Counted from the first letter of the stretch, positions 40,628-52,195 are shown. The stretch is DNA of 64,000 nucleotides from Nitrospirota bacterium (GCA_963790205.1 CAWBNQ010000003.1:768001-832000), one strand, 5' to 3'. Program-made: numbers and translations. Notes: generated by a model not told the origin, from the sequence alone.

Positions 40628-42448
40628 TTAGTCCATCTTGTCCCGGTTCTTCGGCCGCTTGTTCTGGTCGAGCACCTTTTTGCGGAGCCGGATGGAGGCG
40701 GGCGTCACTTCCACGAGCTCGTCTTCCTTGATGAACTCAAGCGATTGCTCGAGCGACAGCTGCCGGTGGGGCACGAGCCGGAGCGCTTCGTCGGCGCCCG
40801 AAGCGCGCATGTTCGTCAGCTTCTTTTCCTTGATCACGTTCACGTCCATGTCGGTCTCGCGCGAGTTCTCACCCACGATCATGCCTTCATAGACCGCCGT
40901 GCTCTCGGGGATGAAGAGCTCGCCGCGGGGCTGGATGTGGTAGAGGGCATAGGTCGTGGTCTTGCCCGCGCGGTCGGCCACGAGGGCGCCGGTGGCGCGC
41001 TTGGCGATCGGGCCCTGCCACGGTTCGTACCCGTCGAAGAGATGGTTGAGGAGGCCGGTGCCCCGGGTATCGGTCAGGAACTCCGAGCGGAACCCGATGA
41101 GGCCGCGCGCCGGGATGCGGAACTCCAGGCGGACCCGGCCGTGGCCGTTGTTCGCCATCTTGGTCATGCGGCCCTTGCGGGCGCCGAGCTTCTGGGTCAC
41201 GACGCCGATGAACTCGTCGGGGCAGTCGATGACCAGGTTTTCCATGGGCTCGAAGGTCTTGCCGTCACGGATCTTGGTAATGGTCTCGGGCTGGGACACG
41301 GAAAGCTCATAACCTTCGCGCCGCATCATCTCGATCAGGATGGCGAGCTGAAGTTCGCCGCGTCCGAGGACCCTGAAGCTGTCCGTCGCGTCGCCCGGCT
41401 CGACCTTGATCGCCACGTTATAGAGAAGTTCCTTCTCCAGGCGTTCCTTCAAGTGGCGGGAAGTGACGAACTTGCCTTCCTTGCCGGCAAAGGGCGAGTT
41501 ATTGATGGCGAAGATCATCGAGATCGTGGGCTCGTCCACGGCAATGCGCGGCAGGGGTTTCGGGTTTTCCGGGTCGGTAATGGTATCGCCGATGTTCACG
41601 CCCTCGATGCCGGCAAGGGCCACGATGTCGCCGACGGTGGCGCTGGGCGTGTCCACGCGTTTGAGGCCCTCGAACGCGAAGAGCGACGTGATCTTGGTCT
41701 TGACCACGGCCCCCGTCTGCGTGACCACGCCGATGGGCTCGCCCACCTTTGCGGTGCCGGCAAAGATCTTGCCGATGGCCAGGCGTCCGACATAATCGTT
41801 GTAAATGATGTTCATGACCAAAAGCTGGAGCGGCGCGGCCTCGTCCCCCTCGGCCGACGGGACCGTGTTCACGATCAGGTCGAAGAGCGGCTTGAGGCTC
41901 GTTGCTTCCTCTTCCATCTTCAGCTTGGCGACGCCGTCCCGGGCGTTCGTATAGACGATCGGGAAGTCGAGCTGGGCGTCGTTCGCGTCGAGGTCGATGA
42001 ACAGGTCATAGACCTCGTTCACGACCTCGCTGATCCGGGCGTCGGGCCGGTCTATCTTGTTGATCACGAGGATCGGCGGCAGCCCGAGTTCGAGCGCCTT
42101 CTTCAGCACGAAGCGCGTCTGCGGGAGCGGTCCTTCCGAGGCGTCGACGAGCAGGAGCACGCCGTCGACCATCTTCAAGGTGCGCTCCACCTCGCCGCCG
42201 AAGTCCGCGTGGCCGGGGGTGTCCACGATGTTGATCTTCACGCCATTGTAGCGGAGAGACGTGTTCTTTGCCATGATCGTGATGCCGCGCTCCCGCTCGA
42301 GGTCGATGTTGTCCATCACGCGCTCCTGGATCCGCTCGTTGTCGCGGAAGGTGCCGCTCTGGCGGAGCAGAGTGTCCACGAGGGTGGTCTTCCCGTGGTC
42401 CACGTGGGCGATGATGGCGATATTACGCAGGTCTGTTCTTTTGAGCAT
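40628..42448 (-). CDS. typA: Translational GTPase TypA/BipA
   Basis: [34 protein letters not shown]. Confidence 0.97.
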   Translation of the reverse strand: MLKRTDLRNIAIIAHVDHGKTTLVDTLLRQSGTFRDNERIQERVMDNIDLERERGITIMAKNTSLRYNGVKINIVDTPGHADFGGEVERTLKMVDGVLLLVDASEGPLPQTRFVLKKALELGLPPILVINKIDRPDARISEVVNEVYDLFIDLDANDAQLDFPIVYTNARDGVAKLKMEEEATSLKPLFDLIVNTVPSAEGDEAAPLQLLVMNIIYNDYVGRLAIGKIFAGTAKVGEPIGVVTQTGAVVKTKITSLFAFEGLKRVDTPSATVGDIVALAGIEGVNIGDTITDPENPKPLPRIAVDEPTISMIFAINNSPFAGKEGKFVTSRHLKERLEKELLYNVAIKVEPGDATDSFRVLGRGELQLAILIEMMRREGYELSVSQPETITKIRDGKTFEPMENLVIDCPDEFIGVVTQKLGARKGRMTKMANNGHGRVRLEFRIPARGLIGFRSEFLTDTRGTGLLNHLFDGYEPWQGPIAKRATGALVADRAGKTTTYALYHIQPRGELFIPESTAVYEGMIVGENSRETDMDVNVIKEKKLTNMRASGADEALRLVPHRQLSLEQSLEFIKEDELVEVTPASIRLRKKVLDQNKRPKNRDKMD

Positions 42449-42477
42449 GATTATTTTCCCTTAACTATAGGTAGATT

Positions 42478-42549
42478 GCCACGACGAGCTCGCCCTGCAC
42501 CCGCGTTTCCACTCGTAAACGCCGGGCGCAGGCTAAGTACACGAAGAGA
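42478..42549 (-). repeat. Dispersed repeat family B, short copy
   Basis: Reverse complement aligns with 63553-63651 (GCCTGC-CCC-GCG-TTACGAGTGG...CGTGGC). Confidence 0.7.
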
Positions 42550-42686
42550 TTCTTGGTGACAGGGTATTCTCGTGGGTAAAAAAGCACTTTCCAAAGAGGA
42601 GCATAATACAGTGCAAGGCCCAGTTTGTCAATGGAATAAATAGAGGATCATCTTTGATACGAGGGGCTTACAAAACTTCGGTTCAG

Positions 42687-42900
42687 GATGTTCATGATCC
42701 TTTTCTTTTTCTGCACCGCCGCTCACAGCTCCGCGCAGACATGCCAGGATATCTTCTGTTTTACGTGCCAGTACGGCAGCCCATGAGCGCTTACGCTGCG
42801 CACGCGCATGCATGATCTGTGGTTCACCGGGCTCTCTACCGGGCATGTAAAACGCGTCCCTGTTCACGGGATGCAGGGGCTTCGGGAAAAGCAAAGACGA
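42687..42900 (+). repeat. Dispersed repeat family A, long copy
   Basis: Colinear similarity to 34595-34800. Confidence 0.9.
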
Positions 42901-42944
42901 AAAAACCTCTGCCTTCCCGTGCGCCGGACGGGACCGCGAAGCGG

Positions 42945-44321
42945 CTATTCCGGTTCTGAAAGCTTCCCGAAGGCCTTGAGCACGACTTCCGAGAGCGCCG
43001 GGTGGATGTGCATGCCCTTGGCCACGGCCCAGAGGTTGCCGTCAGCCGCCATGACGTTCACCACTTCCTGGACAAGGACCGACGCCTGGGGACCGATGAT
43101 GTGATAGCCCAGGATCTTTCCGCTTTTTCGGTGCACCACGGCCTTGGTAAACCCCTCGATCTCCCTCATGGCCTCGCCGCGGGCCACATCGGTGTACATC
43201 GCCTTGCCCACGAGGACCTCCTGTTTTCCCATGAGCTTGACGGCCTCTTGTTCCGTCAGGCCGACGGACGCTATTTCGGGATAGGAAAATACGGCGTGCG
43301 GCACCGTGAGGTAGTTGAGCCGCGACTTCTTGCCGTGCACCGCGTTGTGCCACACGAGCTCGGCCTCATGATTGGCCGAGTGGCGGAACATCTTCTTGCC
43401 GATGGCGTCGCCGAAGGCCCAGATGTCCTTTTTTGCGGTCTCGAAGAACTCGTCCACGACGATATAGCCCCGTTCGTCTGTTTTTATACCGCTCTTTTCT
43501 ACTTTGAGAAGGTCCGCGTTCGATTTCCGCCCGCATGCCAGAAGGAGATACTGCGCAGAATGCTCGAGACGCTTTCCATCGCCGTCCCGGGTAATAACAA
43601 TGACGCCGTGGTCGCTGTTTCTGGCATCGACGACCTCGGTATTGGTATGGACTTCCATCCGGCGGCCGAGCGCTTTTCTCAGCGCTTCCGATACTTCGGG
43701 CTCCTCTTCGGGGACGAGCCGCCTGTTTCGCTGGAAGATCGTGACCCTGGTGCCCATGGCTTCGAAGAAATGGGCGAACTCGGCCGCAATGTATCCTCCG
43801 CCTATGATGATCATGCTCTCGGGCCGTTTCGTGAGCTGCAGGGCGCTCTCGTTCGTCAGGTAGGGGACGGTTTCGATGCCCCTGACCGAAGGGACGAAGG
43901 GACGCGCTCCGGAGACGAGGAATATGGTCCTGCCCCTGATCTCCTGGCCATTTACTTCGAGCGTATAGTCGCCGGTAAAGTGCGCTTCGCCGAAATAGAA
44001 ATCGAAGTCCTCGGCCTTCTCCAGGGCCTCCTTGATGCGGTCATGGGTTTTCTTGACGTGCTTGCGCATCGAGCCCATGATCGCGGCAAAGTCTATCTCC
44101 TTGATCTCGGCCGTAATGCCGAACTTTCCCGCTTCCCTGATCTCAACGATTCTATCCGCCGGATAGACAATGAGCTTGGTGGGAATTCAACCGACGTTCA
44201 GGCAGGTGCCTCCGAGCGGCCCTTTGTCCACGAGGGCCACGGTCTTGTTATGGGCGAGGGTGTCCTCGACCAGGTTCGCCCCGGCGCCGGAGCCGACGAT
44301 GACCACATCGTATTCTTTCAT
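42945..44321 (-). CDS. Class I pyridine nucleotide-disulfide oxidoreductase (LpdA/mycothione-reductase-like), 458 aa, probable selenoprotein (Sec45)
   Basis: IVGSGAG FAD motif; GGTCLNVG-TGA-IPTK in frame with GGGYIAAE, AFGD, HIHPALSE; SECIS-like hairpin just downstream. Confidence 0.85.
44142..44174 (-). promoter_or_regulatory. Candidate bacterial SECIS element
   Basis: mRNA UCUAUCC-GGC-GGAUAGA stem with G-starting loop 27 nt after UGA; lower CUCA/UGAG pairing. Confidence 0.7.
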
Positions 44322-44407
44322 GAGACCGCCTTTCAGAGGTGAGCGAACTTTTTCAATTCTATCATGTTTGCGGCAAGAGTCAATGCGGGGCCGGGAGGAC
44401 GGCGCTC

Positions 44408-45361
44408 TCACAAAAATTGCAACGTGATCACCCAGCCCCTGAGGTCCTTGTCGAACAACGGTGATATTGATATGTTCTGCAGGCCGTTGCCGGCGTCTTT
44501 TTCCTTGTGATACTTGGCGACGCCCATCCCGGCGAGGGTGCCCACGGTAATGCCGGCGATCACATCGGAGAGGAAATGCTCGTTGGCCTGGATCCTCGAC
44601 GCCCCGATAAAAGCCGTGGTCAGATAGAGCGGGACCGCGATCCTGAGGTCCCAGTCGTACATCTCTGAAATGGAAGCGGCCATCGTGGCGGTTATCGAGG
44701 CATGGCCGGAAGGGAAGGAATTGAGGTTTCCTCCGTTCGGGCGTTTCCTCCGCGCCGTCAACTTCAGGCCCTCCGTGGCGAGCCCGTCGATAACATAAGC
44801 TTCCAGCGAAACAACGCCGGTGTCGGCCAGTTTTTTATTGTTTATCAGTTCTCCCGCGCCCAGGAGCGCAAAACCCACGCCGACTTCCGGATAGCCGTTG
44901 CCGATCTTGTCCCCGGTATTCTCGACGTGCTCCAGGGGTTTTCTGTCCTGGAAGTATTTCTTGACCCTCTGGTCCACCGTGAGAGCCAGCCCGGTCAGCC
45001 CCGCTCCGATCAGCGCGAGCGGAACATTATCCTTGGAAAATATTCTTTCCGCTCCGCCCACGACATCGGGGACGAACTCTTTGACGTAGGCGCCGAAAGA
45101 CGGGACCGTCGCCCTTCCGGCGTCAGGCTGTTCGGTCGATGCAGTCTGCTCCCGTTCCGCTGTTTTGAACGGGTCAGCAAGGGTATACGCAACGGTCAAG
45201 ACAGGAGCGCTGGATCGTTCATCCCGGTCCATGGACGGCCGGCCGACGGGTGCATCGAGTCCGGGATCGCCGGTAAATCCATACACGGTCCCGGACGAGA
45301 GGATCACCAGACCAGTAAGAAGTACGACCAGGAAGCGGTATGATTGACGGGTAGTCTGCAT
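44408..45361 (-). CDS. PAP2-family phosphatase
   Basis: KLTARRKRP, SFPSGH, SRIQANEHFLSDV. Confidence 0.88.
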   Translation of the reverse strand: MQTTRQSYRFLVVLLTGLVILSSGTVYGFTGDPGLDAPVGRPSMDRDERSSAPVLTVAYTLADPFKTAEREQTASTEQPDAGRATVPSFGAYVKEFVPDVVGGAERIFSKDNVPLALIGAGLTGLALTVDQRVKKYFQDRKPLEHVENTGDKIGNGYPEVGVGFALLGAGELINNKKLADTGVVSLEAYVIDGLATEGLKLTARRKRPNGGNLNSFPSGHASITATMAASISEMYDWDLRIAVPLYLTTAFIGASRIQANEHFLSDVIAGITVGTLAGMGVAKYHKEKDAGNGLQNISISPLFDKDLRGWVITLQFL

Positions 45362-45567
45362 ACGACAGGCTCTAACGCGCGGTGACGGGTCACCGGCATC
45401 GGATCGCTTCGATCGAGGATGCTCTTGTGGTAAAAGTATATCATATTCTTCGAGATGCAGGATAATTTGCGGATTGACAGGGAACGGGGAAAAAGCTATA
45501 AACATCGAAAGAGGCACATCACCGGACGCGGATCTTTCTGAAAAAATCGGGTTCCCGTCCGCCGGCA

Positions 45568-46767
45568 TTGAGGATTCTTTTGCACGACCACATCGTTAAA
45601 TACACGAACAAACTGCTTCGCGACCGGACCGCCGTGCCGGAGAGCATCCGGTTCTACGTGCTCGACGACCGGGTGGTCACGAACCGCGAGGATGAATGGC
45701 TGCCGGTTTTCGCTGCAGTTTTTAAAGGCCTGGACGTCACGGCCCTGCTCTTTGCGAAGACCACGCTTCCCTTTGCCGACCTGCTGGTGGAGCGTGCTGA
45801 TCCCGGGTCGGACCGGCTCGTTCCGAAGGACAGCGAAACGAGGGTCTTCCTCCATGACATCCCGTTCATACGGGAGTCTGAGCGGTCTGGAAAACCGAAA
45901 ACAGCGCTTGCCGAAATGATCATCCGGTGTTTGAAAGAGCGGAAGGCGGTCATCATCCAGGGGCTCGGCGTGGTCGCTTCGGGCGGAGTGACGGTCGAAC
46001 AAGCGTTCATCGGTTTTTCCTCCATCTTTCATACTACCTTCGTAAAATATCTCCTGGACCTTCTGACAGAGGGCTTCAGGTTCCCGCGGGAGCGGAACGT
46101 CGTCGAGGCGTATCAACGATCGAACCCCGGGCCGCGGGACCTGGGCGACCTCGTGTTTACCCCGGGCCCGATAGCGGACCGGCAGACGATCATGAGGGAA
46201 ATCTGCCGCGTCGGACGTTATACCGTCGAGAAGGGGTACGTGGATTCGTTTTTCGGCAACATCAGCTATTTCGACGGGAAAACGATCTTCATCAGCCAGA
46301 CCACGTCGTCGCTGGACGAGCTTGAGGGCTTCATCGACCCCGTGCCGCTCGACGGGTCGTCGACTGCGGGCCTATCGGCGTCGTCCGAGCTGCCCGCGCA
46401 CCGCGGGATCTATGTTTCCTCGGATTATCATGCCGTTTTACACGGTCATCCGAGATTCAGCGTCATCATGTCCATGCACTGCGAAGAAGAGAACTGCGGG
46501 ATAGAGGACTGCAACCGTTTCTGCGACCGTGACCGCTCGGCTTGCGGCGTGCCGATCGTTGCCGGCGAGACCGGCGCGGGCGGACTCGCAAGATCCGTCC
46601 CCCGTGCGATCAGGGATACGGGCGTTTGCATCGTCTACGGGCACGGCATATTCGCGGCCGGGAAGACCGATTTTCACGATGCCTTCATGAAGATGGCGGA
46701 CGTGGAAAACCGCTGCAGGGAAGAGTATTTCAGACTGCTTGAAGAACGTCCAGAGTCCGACGTTTGA
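45568..46767 (+). CDS. Class II aldolase/adducin family protein
   Basis: FGNIS, SASSELPAH, LHGHP, IVYGHG. Confidence 0.8.
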   Translation: MRILLHDHIVKYTNKLLRDRTAVPESIRFYVLDDRVVTNREDEWLPVFAAVFKGLDVTALLFAKTTLPFADLLVERADPGSDRLVPKDSETRVFLHDIPFIRESERSGKPKTALAEMIIRCLKERKAVIIQGLGVVASGGVTVEQAFIGFSSIFHTTFVKYLLDLLTEGFRFPRERNVVEAYQRSNPGPRDLGDLVFTPGPIADRQTIMREICRVGRYTVEKGYVDSFFGNISYFDGKTIFISQTTSSLDELEGFIDPVPLDGSSTAGLSASSELPAHRGIYVSSDYHAVLHGHPRFSVIMSMHCEEENCGIEDCNRFCDRDRSACGVPIVAGETGAGGLARSVPRAIRDTGVCIVYGHGIFAAGKTDFHDAFMKMADVENRCREEYFRLLEERPESDV

Positions 46768-46848
46768 AGTTCAAAGTGACAGGCGGGTTACCGTCGTTGT
46801 GTTTTCTGCGTTTCACTCCAAACTCCGGACTCTGAACTGTTTTTTTAT

Positions 46849-47064
46849 TCATGCCACGCTTCTCAATTTCTCGCGGGCGATCCCGAAGTCAAAGGTGTAC
46901 ATTTTGAAGTCCCCCTCAGGGAAGGCCTTTTTGAGGCGCTCGATGAACTCCTGATACACGACGTTCTCATACTGCTGGATGTCGTATTCCCTCGTTTTTT
47001 CATTCGCTCCCTGGAGTTCCATGTCCAGGTAGAAATCCATTTCCGGCGATATCCGAAGCCACAT
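46849..47064 (-). CDS. Small hypothetical protein
   Basis: AAGGAGGTG RBS before ATG 47064. Confidence 0.65.
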   Translation of the reverse strand: MWLRISPEMDFYLDMELQGANEKTREYDIQQYENVVYQEFIERLKKAFPEGDFKMYTFDFGIAREKLRSVA

Positions 47065-47189
47065 ACAGATCACCTCCTTCGAACAGAATGCCGACAGGTC
47101 AAAAAAAGCGCGATGCCTCCTTCGCTCTTAGTTCTATTATACCTCACGTCCGCCTGTTCCTGGCTGCGACGTTCGCGAACCGCCATGCA

Positions 47190-48644
47190 TTACGGCTTGA
47201 TCGTGATATAAATAGTTCCCCCTTCGCGGTAAACGAGCAGCAGCGCACTGTCTTTCTCGCCGATCTTCGAGACCAGTCGGTCATAATCGCTGAGATTCTT
47301 GATGTCATGCCGGTTCACTTCGATGATCACGTCGCCGGGCTGGAGAATCCCCTGAGCCGGGCTGTCTGCGCCGATATCGGTGATGACCACTCCGTTCATG
47401 TTTTCCGGGACGCCGATCTGGTCCCGCAGCGAGGCCGTCAGTTCCTGCACCGTAATCCCTTTGAGCACGTTGTTGTACTCGACCTTTTTGATTGCCTGTC
47501 GCTCCTTGAATTCTGCCAGGGTCGCGGTGACGGACCGCTCTTTGCCTTCCCTGAGGATCTTCAGTTCCACCGCTTTCCCCGGCGCCGCGGCGGACACCAT
47601 GTTCCTGAGGCCTGTCGAGTCCTCGACCGGTTTCCCGTCCAGCGATATGATGACGTCGCCCCGCTTCAAACCGGCCTTTTCCGCGGGACTGTCTTTTACC
47701 ACGTCCGCTACGAGGGCGCCCGTTTGCTGCTTGATGCCGAGCGACTTGGCGATATCGGGCGTCAGGTCCTGTATGCTCACGCCGAGCCAGCCGCGGATGA
47801 CCTTGCCGTGCTTGATGATGCTGTCCATTACGGATTTCGCCATGTCCGAGGGAATGGCGAACCCGATCCCCATATAGCCGCCGGACGTCGAAAAGATCGC
47901 TGTGTTGATGCCGACCACCTCGCCGTTCGTGTTCACGAGCGCGCCGCCGGAGTTCCCGGGGTTGATCGCCGCGTCGGTCTGGATGAAATCCTCAAAGTCC
48001 GCGATGCCCACGTTCGACCTGCCGACAGCGCTCACGATCCCCAGGGTGACGGTTGAGTTCAGTCCGAAGGGCGTGCCTACGGCAAGCACGATATCTCCCG
48101 TTTTCAGTTTGGAGGAATCCCCCAGTTTTGCGGCCGGCAGGTCCCTGGCATTTATCTTGATCACCGCAAGGTCGGTCCGGGGATCGGTCCCCACGATCTT
48201 GCCCTTGAACTCGCGCTTGTCTGAAAGGACCACTTTGATTTCTTCGGCGCCTTTGACCACATGGTTGTTCGTCAGGATGTAACCGTTTTCGGAAACGATC
48301 ACTCCGGAGCCGAGCGCCGCGGATTTGTATTTCCGTTTTTGATGACCGAACTGGTCGCCGAAAAAGTGCCGGAAGAAGGGATCATTGAACAGGTTGCCTT
48401 CGGGATTATCCTCTGTCGTAACAATGCTCGTTGTCGAGACGTTCACGACGGAAGGCCGGACGACTTCGGCCACTTCGGCTAAGGCATCGCTGAACCTCCC
48501 GAGGAACTTTATCGTATCGGGCGATACGCTCTTCTCTCTGGCAAAGGCCGCCGTATCAAACGCGGTGGTTCCTGAACCGATGATGACCATAGTGATAAGC
48601 AATTGAAACAACGTCGATGTTCTCTTCGTGATGGATCTTTTCAT
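47190..48644 (-). CDS. DegP/HtrA (Do family) serine protease with two PDZ domains
   Basis: GSGVI, TNNHV, QTDAAINPGNSGG, RGWLGV. Confidence 0.95.
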   Translation of the reverse strand: MKRSITKRTSTLFQLLITMVIIGSGTTAFDTAAFAREKSVSPDTIKFLGRFSDALAEVAEVVRPSVVNVSTTSIVTTEDNPEGNLFNDPFFRHFFGDQFGHQKRKYKSAALGSGVIVSENGYILTNNHVVKGAEEIKVVLSDKREFKGKIVGTDPRTDLAVIKINARDLPAAKLGDSSKLKTGDIVLAVGTPFGLNSTVTLGIVSAVGRSNVGIADFEDFIQTDAAINPGNSGGALVNTNGEVVGINTAIFSTSGGYMGIGFAIPSDMAKSVMDSIIKHGKVIRGWLGVSIQDLTPDIAKSLGIKQQTGALVADVVKDSPAEKAGLKRGDVIISLDGKPVEDSTGLRNMVSAAAPGKAVELKILREGKERSVTATLAEFKERQAIKKVEYNNVLKGITVQELTASLRDQIGVPENMNGVVITDIGADSPAQGILQPGDVIIEVNRHDIKNLSDYDRLVSKIGEKDSALLLVYREGGTIYITIKP

Positions 48645-48794
48645 GTACGTCTCCTTATTATAAAAAATGAGATATGCGTCATTGCCGGTACTAACAAAGT
48701 AGTAGTAAAATATAACGCTGCGGAAAAGACGCCGTTCAGCTTCATTGACAATTTACAATTCATAGTATAGCAGCGATTTGAAATCCGGAGACGA

Positions 48795-51700
48795 TTAAAC
48801 AGGGGAACACCTCGCTAAGGTCATGCTGTCGAGAAACAGAAGGTAGCCTTCCACATTCTGCAGGGCAAAGATATCTTTTACGGCTTCGCAATAGATCTCG
48901 ATCTGAGGCCGGTAGTGGTCCTGCCACGATTTGAGGGCGTCATCGTTTTCTATGAGAATGGCCTTATAGTCTATCACCTATCCTCTGTTTCCTGTGATCA
49001 CAACGCGGTCGATTTTTCCGCTCACGAGCGCGTGTCCCTTCCTGGAGAGGAAGGGAAGCTCCGAGTATGCATCAGGCCGGCGCTCGAATATCCATCGGAA
49101 CTCCTCTTTGTTCAGTACGGCGTTCAGGACCGAGGCCGCATCATCGACGAAGGGCTGGCGTGCCTCGTCTCCCAGCGCCAGGATGTCCGGATATTCCATG
49201 ATGATGCTGTTGAGATCATATGCACCGGCCTTGGTGAACTCTTCGAGACAGCGGTGAAGCACGCTTCCGCGCGTGAGCGGCGATACGGCGCGGGTCCCGG
49301 ACCGGAGAAAGAGCTTTTCGATCGATTCTTCTTTCTCCTGGTGGATATAATCGGTCGCTGTTTTCCATGCCGGCGTCTCCGACCGCGGGACCGGAGAAAG
49401 GTTGTCGATGACGATCTTCCTGTCACTATCGGCTGCAGCGGATATTATTTGCCGGTCATTCCGGGCAACGCGAAGGACCTCGCTTGTGGCCCGTATGGAT
49501 ACGCCTGGTGGATAAGCGTAGGTGGTTAGTCCGGCTTCCGCTTCCAGCGGCTTTTCAAAAAGGGGCATCAAGGCGGCTTCGTGAAGATAGCTGAGCCAGG
49601 TATTTTGTTTTATCGGCGTTCTGCCGTCATTGAGCGCGCCGATCATGAACAGATGGTCCCGGGCCCGTGTCATCGCGACATAGAGCAGCCGCTGGTGCTC
49701 GCGCAAAAGCTCGTCGTGCTCCCGCGCCCACAGCTCGTCATAGACCGGGCTTCCCGCGTCCTTGACCGCCATTTGGACGCGGTCGTTCACATCCTCGATG
49801 ATGGCAAGCGGACCGGATGAGAGGGACCTGGGCTGCTGGTTCATGCCGGGCAGGAACACGATGGGATATTCGAGGCCTTTTGCCTTGTGCACGGTCATGA
49901 TGCTGACCGAGCCCTCGAACCCCGGCAGGTTCATGTCCGCCGTGGCCTCCCGCTGCTCCGTCTGACTGATGTTCCTCACCCACTCGACAAAGTCCTGGAG
50001 CGTGGTGTAGCCCCTGCGATCGAACTCGCGCGCCGTGTCGAGGAGTTTGTCGATGTTGAAAATGGCCTGCGGATTTTTCCTGCCGAAGCGGACATAGGCG
50101 CCGGTCTCGTTGACGATCCTGTGCAAAAGATCCGCCAGCGGGACGAGGCCGGCAAGGTCCATCCAATCGCGCAAAAGTTTCCAGTCCTCGGGTCTGCGCT
50201 GCTTCAGGGAATCAACGATATTCGCGCCGCCCTGCAGAAGATCGAAGATGTCTCTGTCCGTAAGCCCGAAGAGCGGGGACTTGAGCGCTGCGGCAAGAGC
50301 GAGCTTGTCGTCCCGGTTCCAGAGGAAGAAGAGCACGTTCATGAGGGCCTGCACCTCGTCCTCCTCGTAAAAGCCGATGCCGCCGATCACGCGATAGGGA
50401 ATGTTCTCCGCCTGGAGCGCGGCTTCGTACTCTTTGAGCTTCGTGCGCGACTGAATGAGGATTGCGCAGTCGCCGTATCCGGCTTCGCGTTCTTTCCATC
50501 CTCCATTGTTCGTTCCGGCATTCCCAGCGCGGGAATCCGGCGGCTTTTCATAAACAGCAGCTCCGCTTGCTATCAGAGTTTTTATCTCCCGCGCCAGCAC
50601 CTCTGCTTCTGTGGGGCCTGAAGGCCCTTCCCCTGACGACGGCGTGAGTTCGATGAGCCGCACGCTTCCTTTGTGATCCTTGCGTTCAACATTGGAAGGT
50701 TTATATGCTTCTCCCCAGAGTGTGGCGAAGACACGGTTCACGGTCTCGATGATCTCGGGCGTTGAACGGAAGTTCTTGTCAAGAGTAAGGATCTCGCGCG
50801 ATTCGGCCGGGAGGTTCTTCACCATCTTCTGTTTGACGTTCTCGATCAGGCGATAGTTCGCCTCGCGAAAGCGGTAGATGGATTGTTTCTCGTCGCCGAC
50901 GACAAAGAGGGTAGGGGCCATGCGCTTGTCAGCTCCCTGGCCGGCGAAGATCTCCTCGGTCAGCTTGTTCAGGATGGCCCACTGGATGTCGCTCGTGTCC
51001 TGGAACTCGTCAACGAGGAAGTGGAGGATCTTGCGGTCGAGCCAGTAGAGGATGTCCGGCGATTCCATTCCCTGGAGCAGGCGGTAGGCGTAGATCTCGA
51101 GGTCGTCGAAGTCGAGGAGTCCTTCCCGGAGCTTCGAGTTTTGATATTTCTTTTCGGCGCGCTGGAACAAACGAAGCAGGCTCAGGGCCTCTTGTCCCGC
51201 GCGCATGCGGGCGTGGAGAGCACGGAACTGGCCGAGCCTCTCCTGGATATCGAAAAAAGTTCTTTCGTAGTCGATGCGGTCTTTTCCAGTAAAGGCTTTT
51301 TTGGTGATGGAGGGGTTCTTGCGGGGATTTCCTTCGTTCGTAAAATAGATCGAGACCAGAGGCTCCGATGCTCTGAAGGCAGGATCTACGTCCTTTGCTT
51401 CTGAAAGCATCAGGTGCTCCTTGCCCATGCTGTCTTTATAATGATCGCCTTCGGAGCGAAGGATACGTTCCATCCGTTGCAGCAATGCCCGCCAATCAAC
51501 GCTCGTGACGAACGCCTTGAGTTCCGATTCAGCATGATCAACACCCATCCCCGTCCGAACGGCACGGAGCAACCCCTCCGGACCGCCGGTGTCGATCTCC
51601 ATGCGCTTGAGCCTGCTTCTGATGGAGAGCAGAAATCCGATCGTCTCAATGAGGGCATCAGTCGTGAAATCCCTGAGCGGAGACATGAGCTCCCGGTCGC

Positions 51701-52097
51701 GGTCGGATTCTTCAAGCGCGTCTTCGATGGCCTTTTGTATCTTATACACCTGGTCTCTGGCATCGAGCACGCCGAAGTCCGGCGGAAGCCCGGCTTCGAG
51801 CGGGTAGCGCTTCAAGAGGTTCATGCAGAAGGAGTGGATCGTCGAGATGCGGAGGTCCTGCCTGCCGCGGATGATCTTCTTGAGCATGTCCTCGGGCAGG
51901 TCGCGCATCACGCGCTCTTTGATCTCCGCCGCGGCCTTGTCCGTGAAGGTGATGGCCACGGCCTGGTCGATGGTGAGCCCGCGATCGTCGAGCACGTCCA
52001 GAAGCGCCAGGTAGCGCTCCTTGAGCGCGCGCGTTTTGCCGGAGCCGGCGGAGGCCGAGAGGTGGATGGATTTGGATGTATTTGAGGCGTTATCCAT
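48795..52097 (-). CDS. addA: AddA-type UvrD helicase-nuclease, interrupted by an in-frame TAG at 48978-48980
   Basis: ASAGSGKT, VDEFQDTS, VGDEKQSIYRFR, TVHKAKGLEY, YVAMTRA; nuclease GKIDR...[TAG]VIDYK...Q..Y continues in the same frame. Confidence 0.9.
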
Positions 52098-52142
52098 AGC
52101 TTTTACCGTCGATCAAACAGTATCAAAAATACCTTGACGAAT

Positions 52143-52167
52143 TGTAATGCAATGCATTGCAATTACA
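52143..52167 (+). promoter_or_regulatory. Palindromic operator upstream of the TA pair
   Basis: TGTAA-TGCAATGCATTGCA-ATTACA, next to TTGACG (52134). Confidence 0.6.
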
Positions 52168-52195
52168 TGCATGAACGTCCATTGAGGAGGCATCT

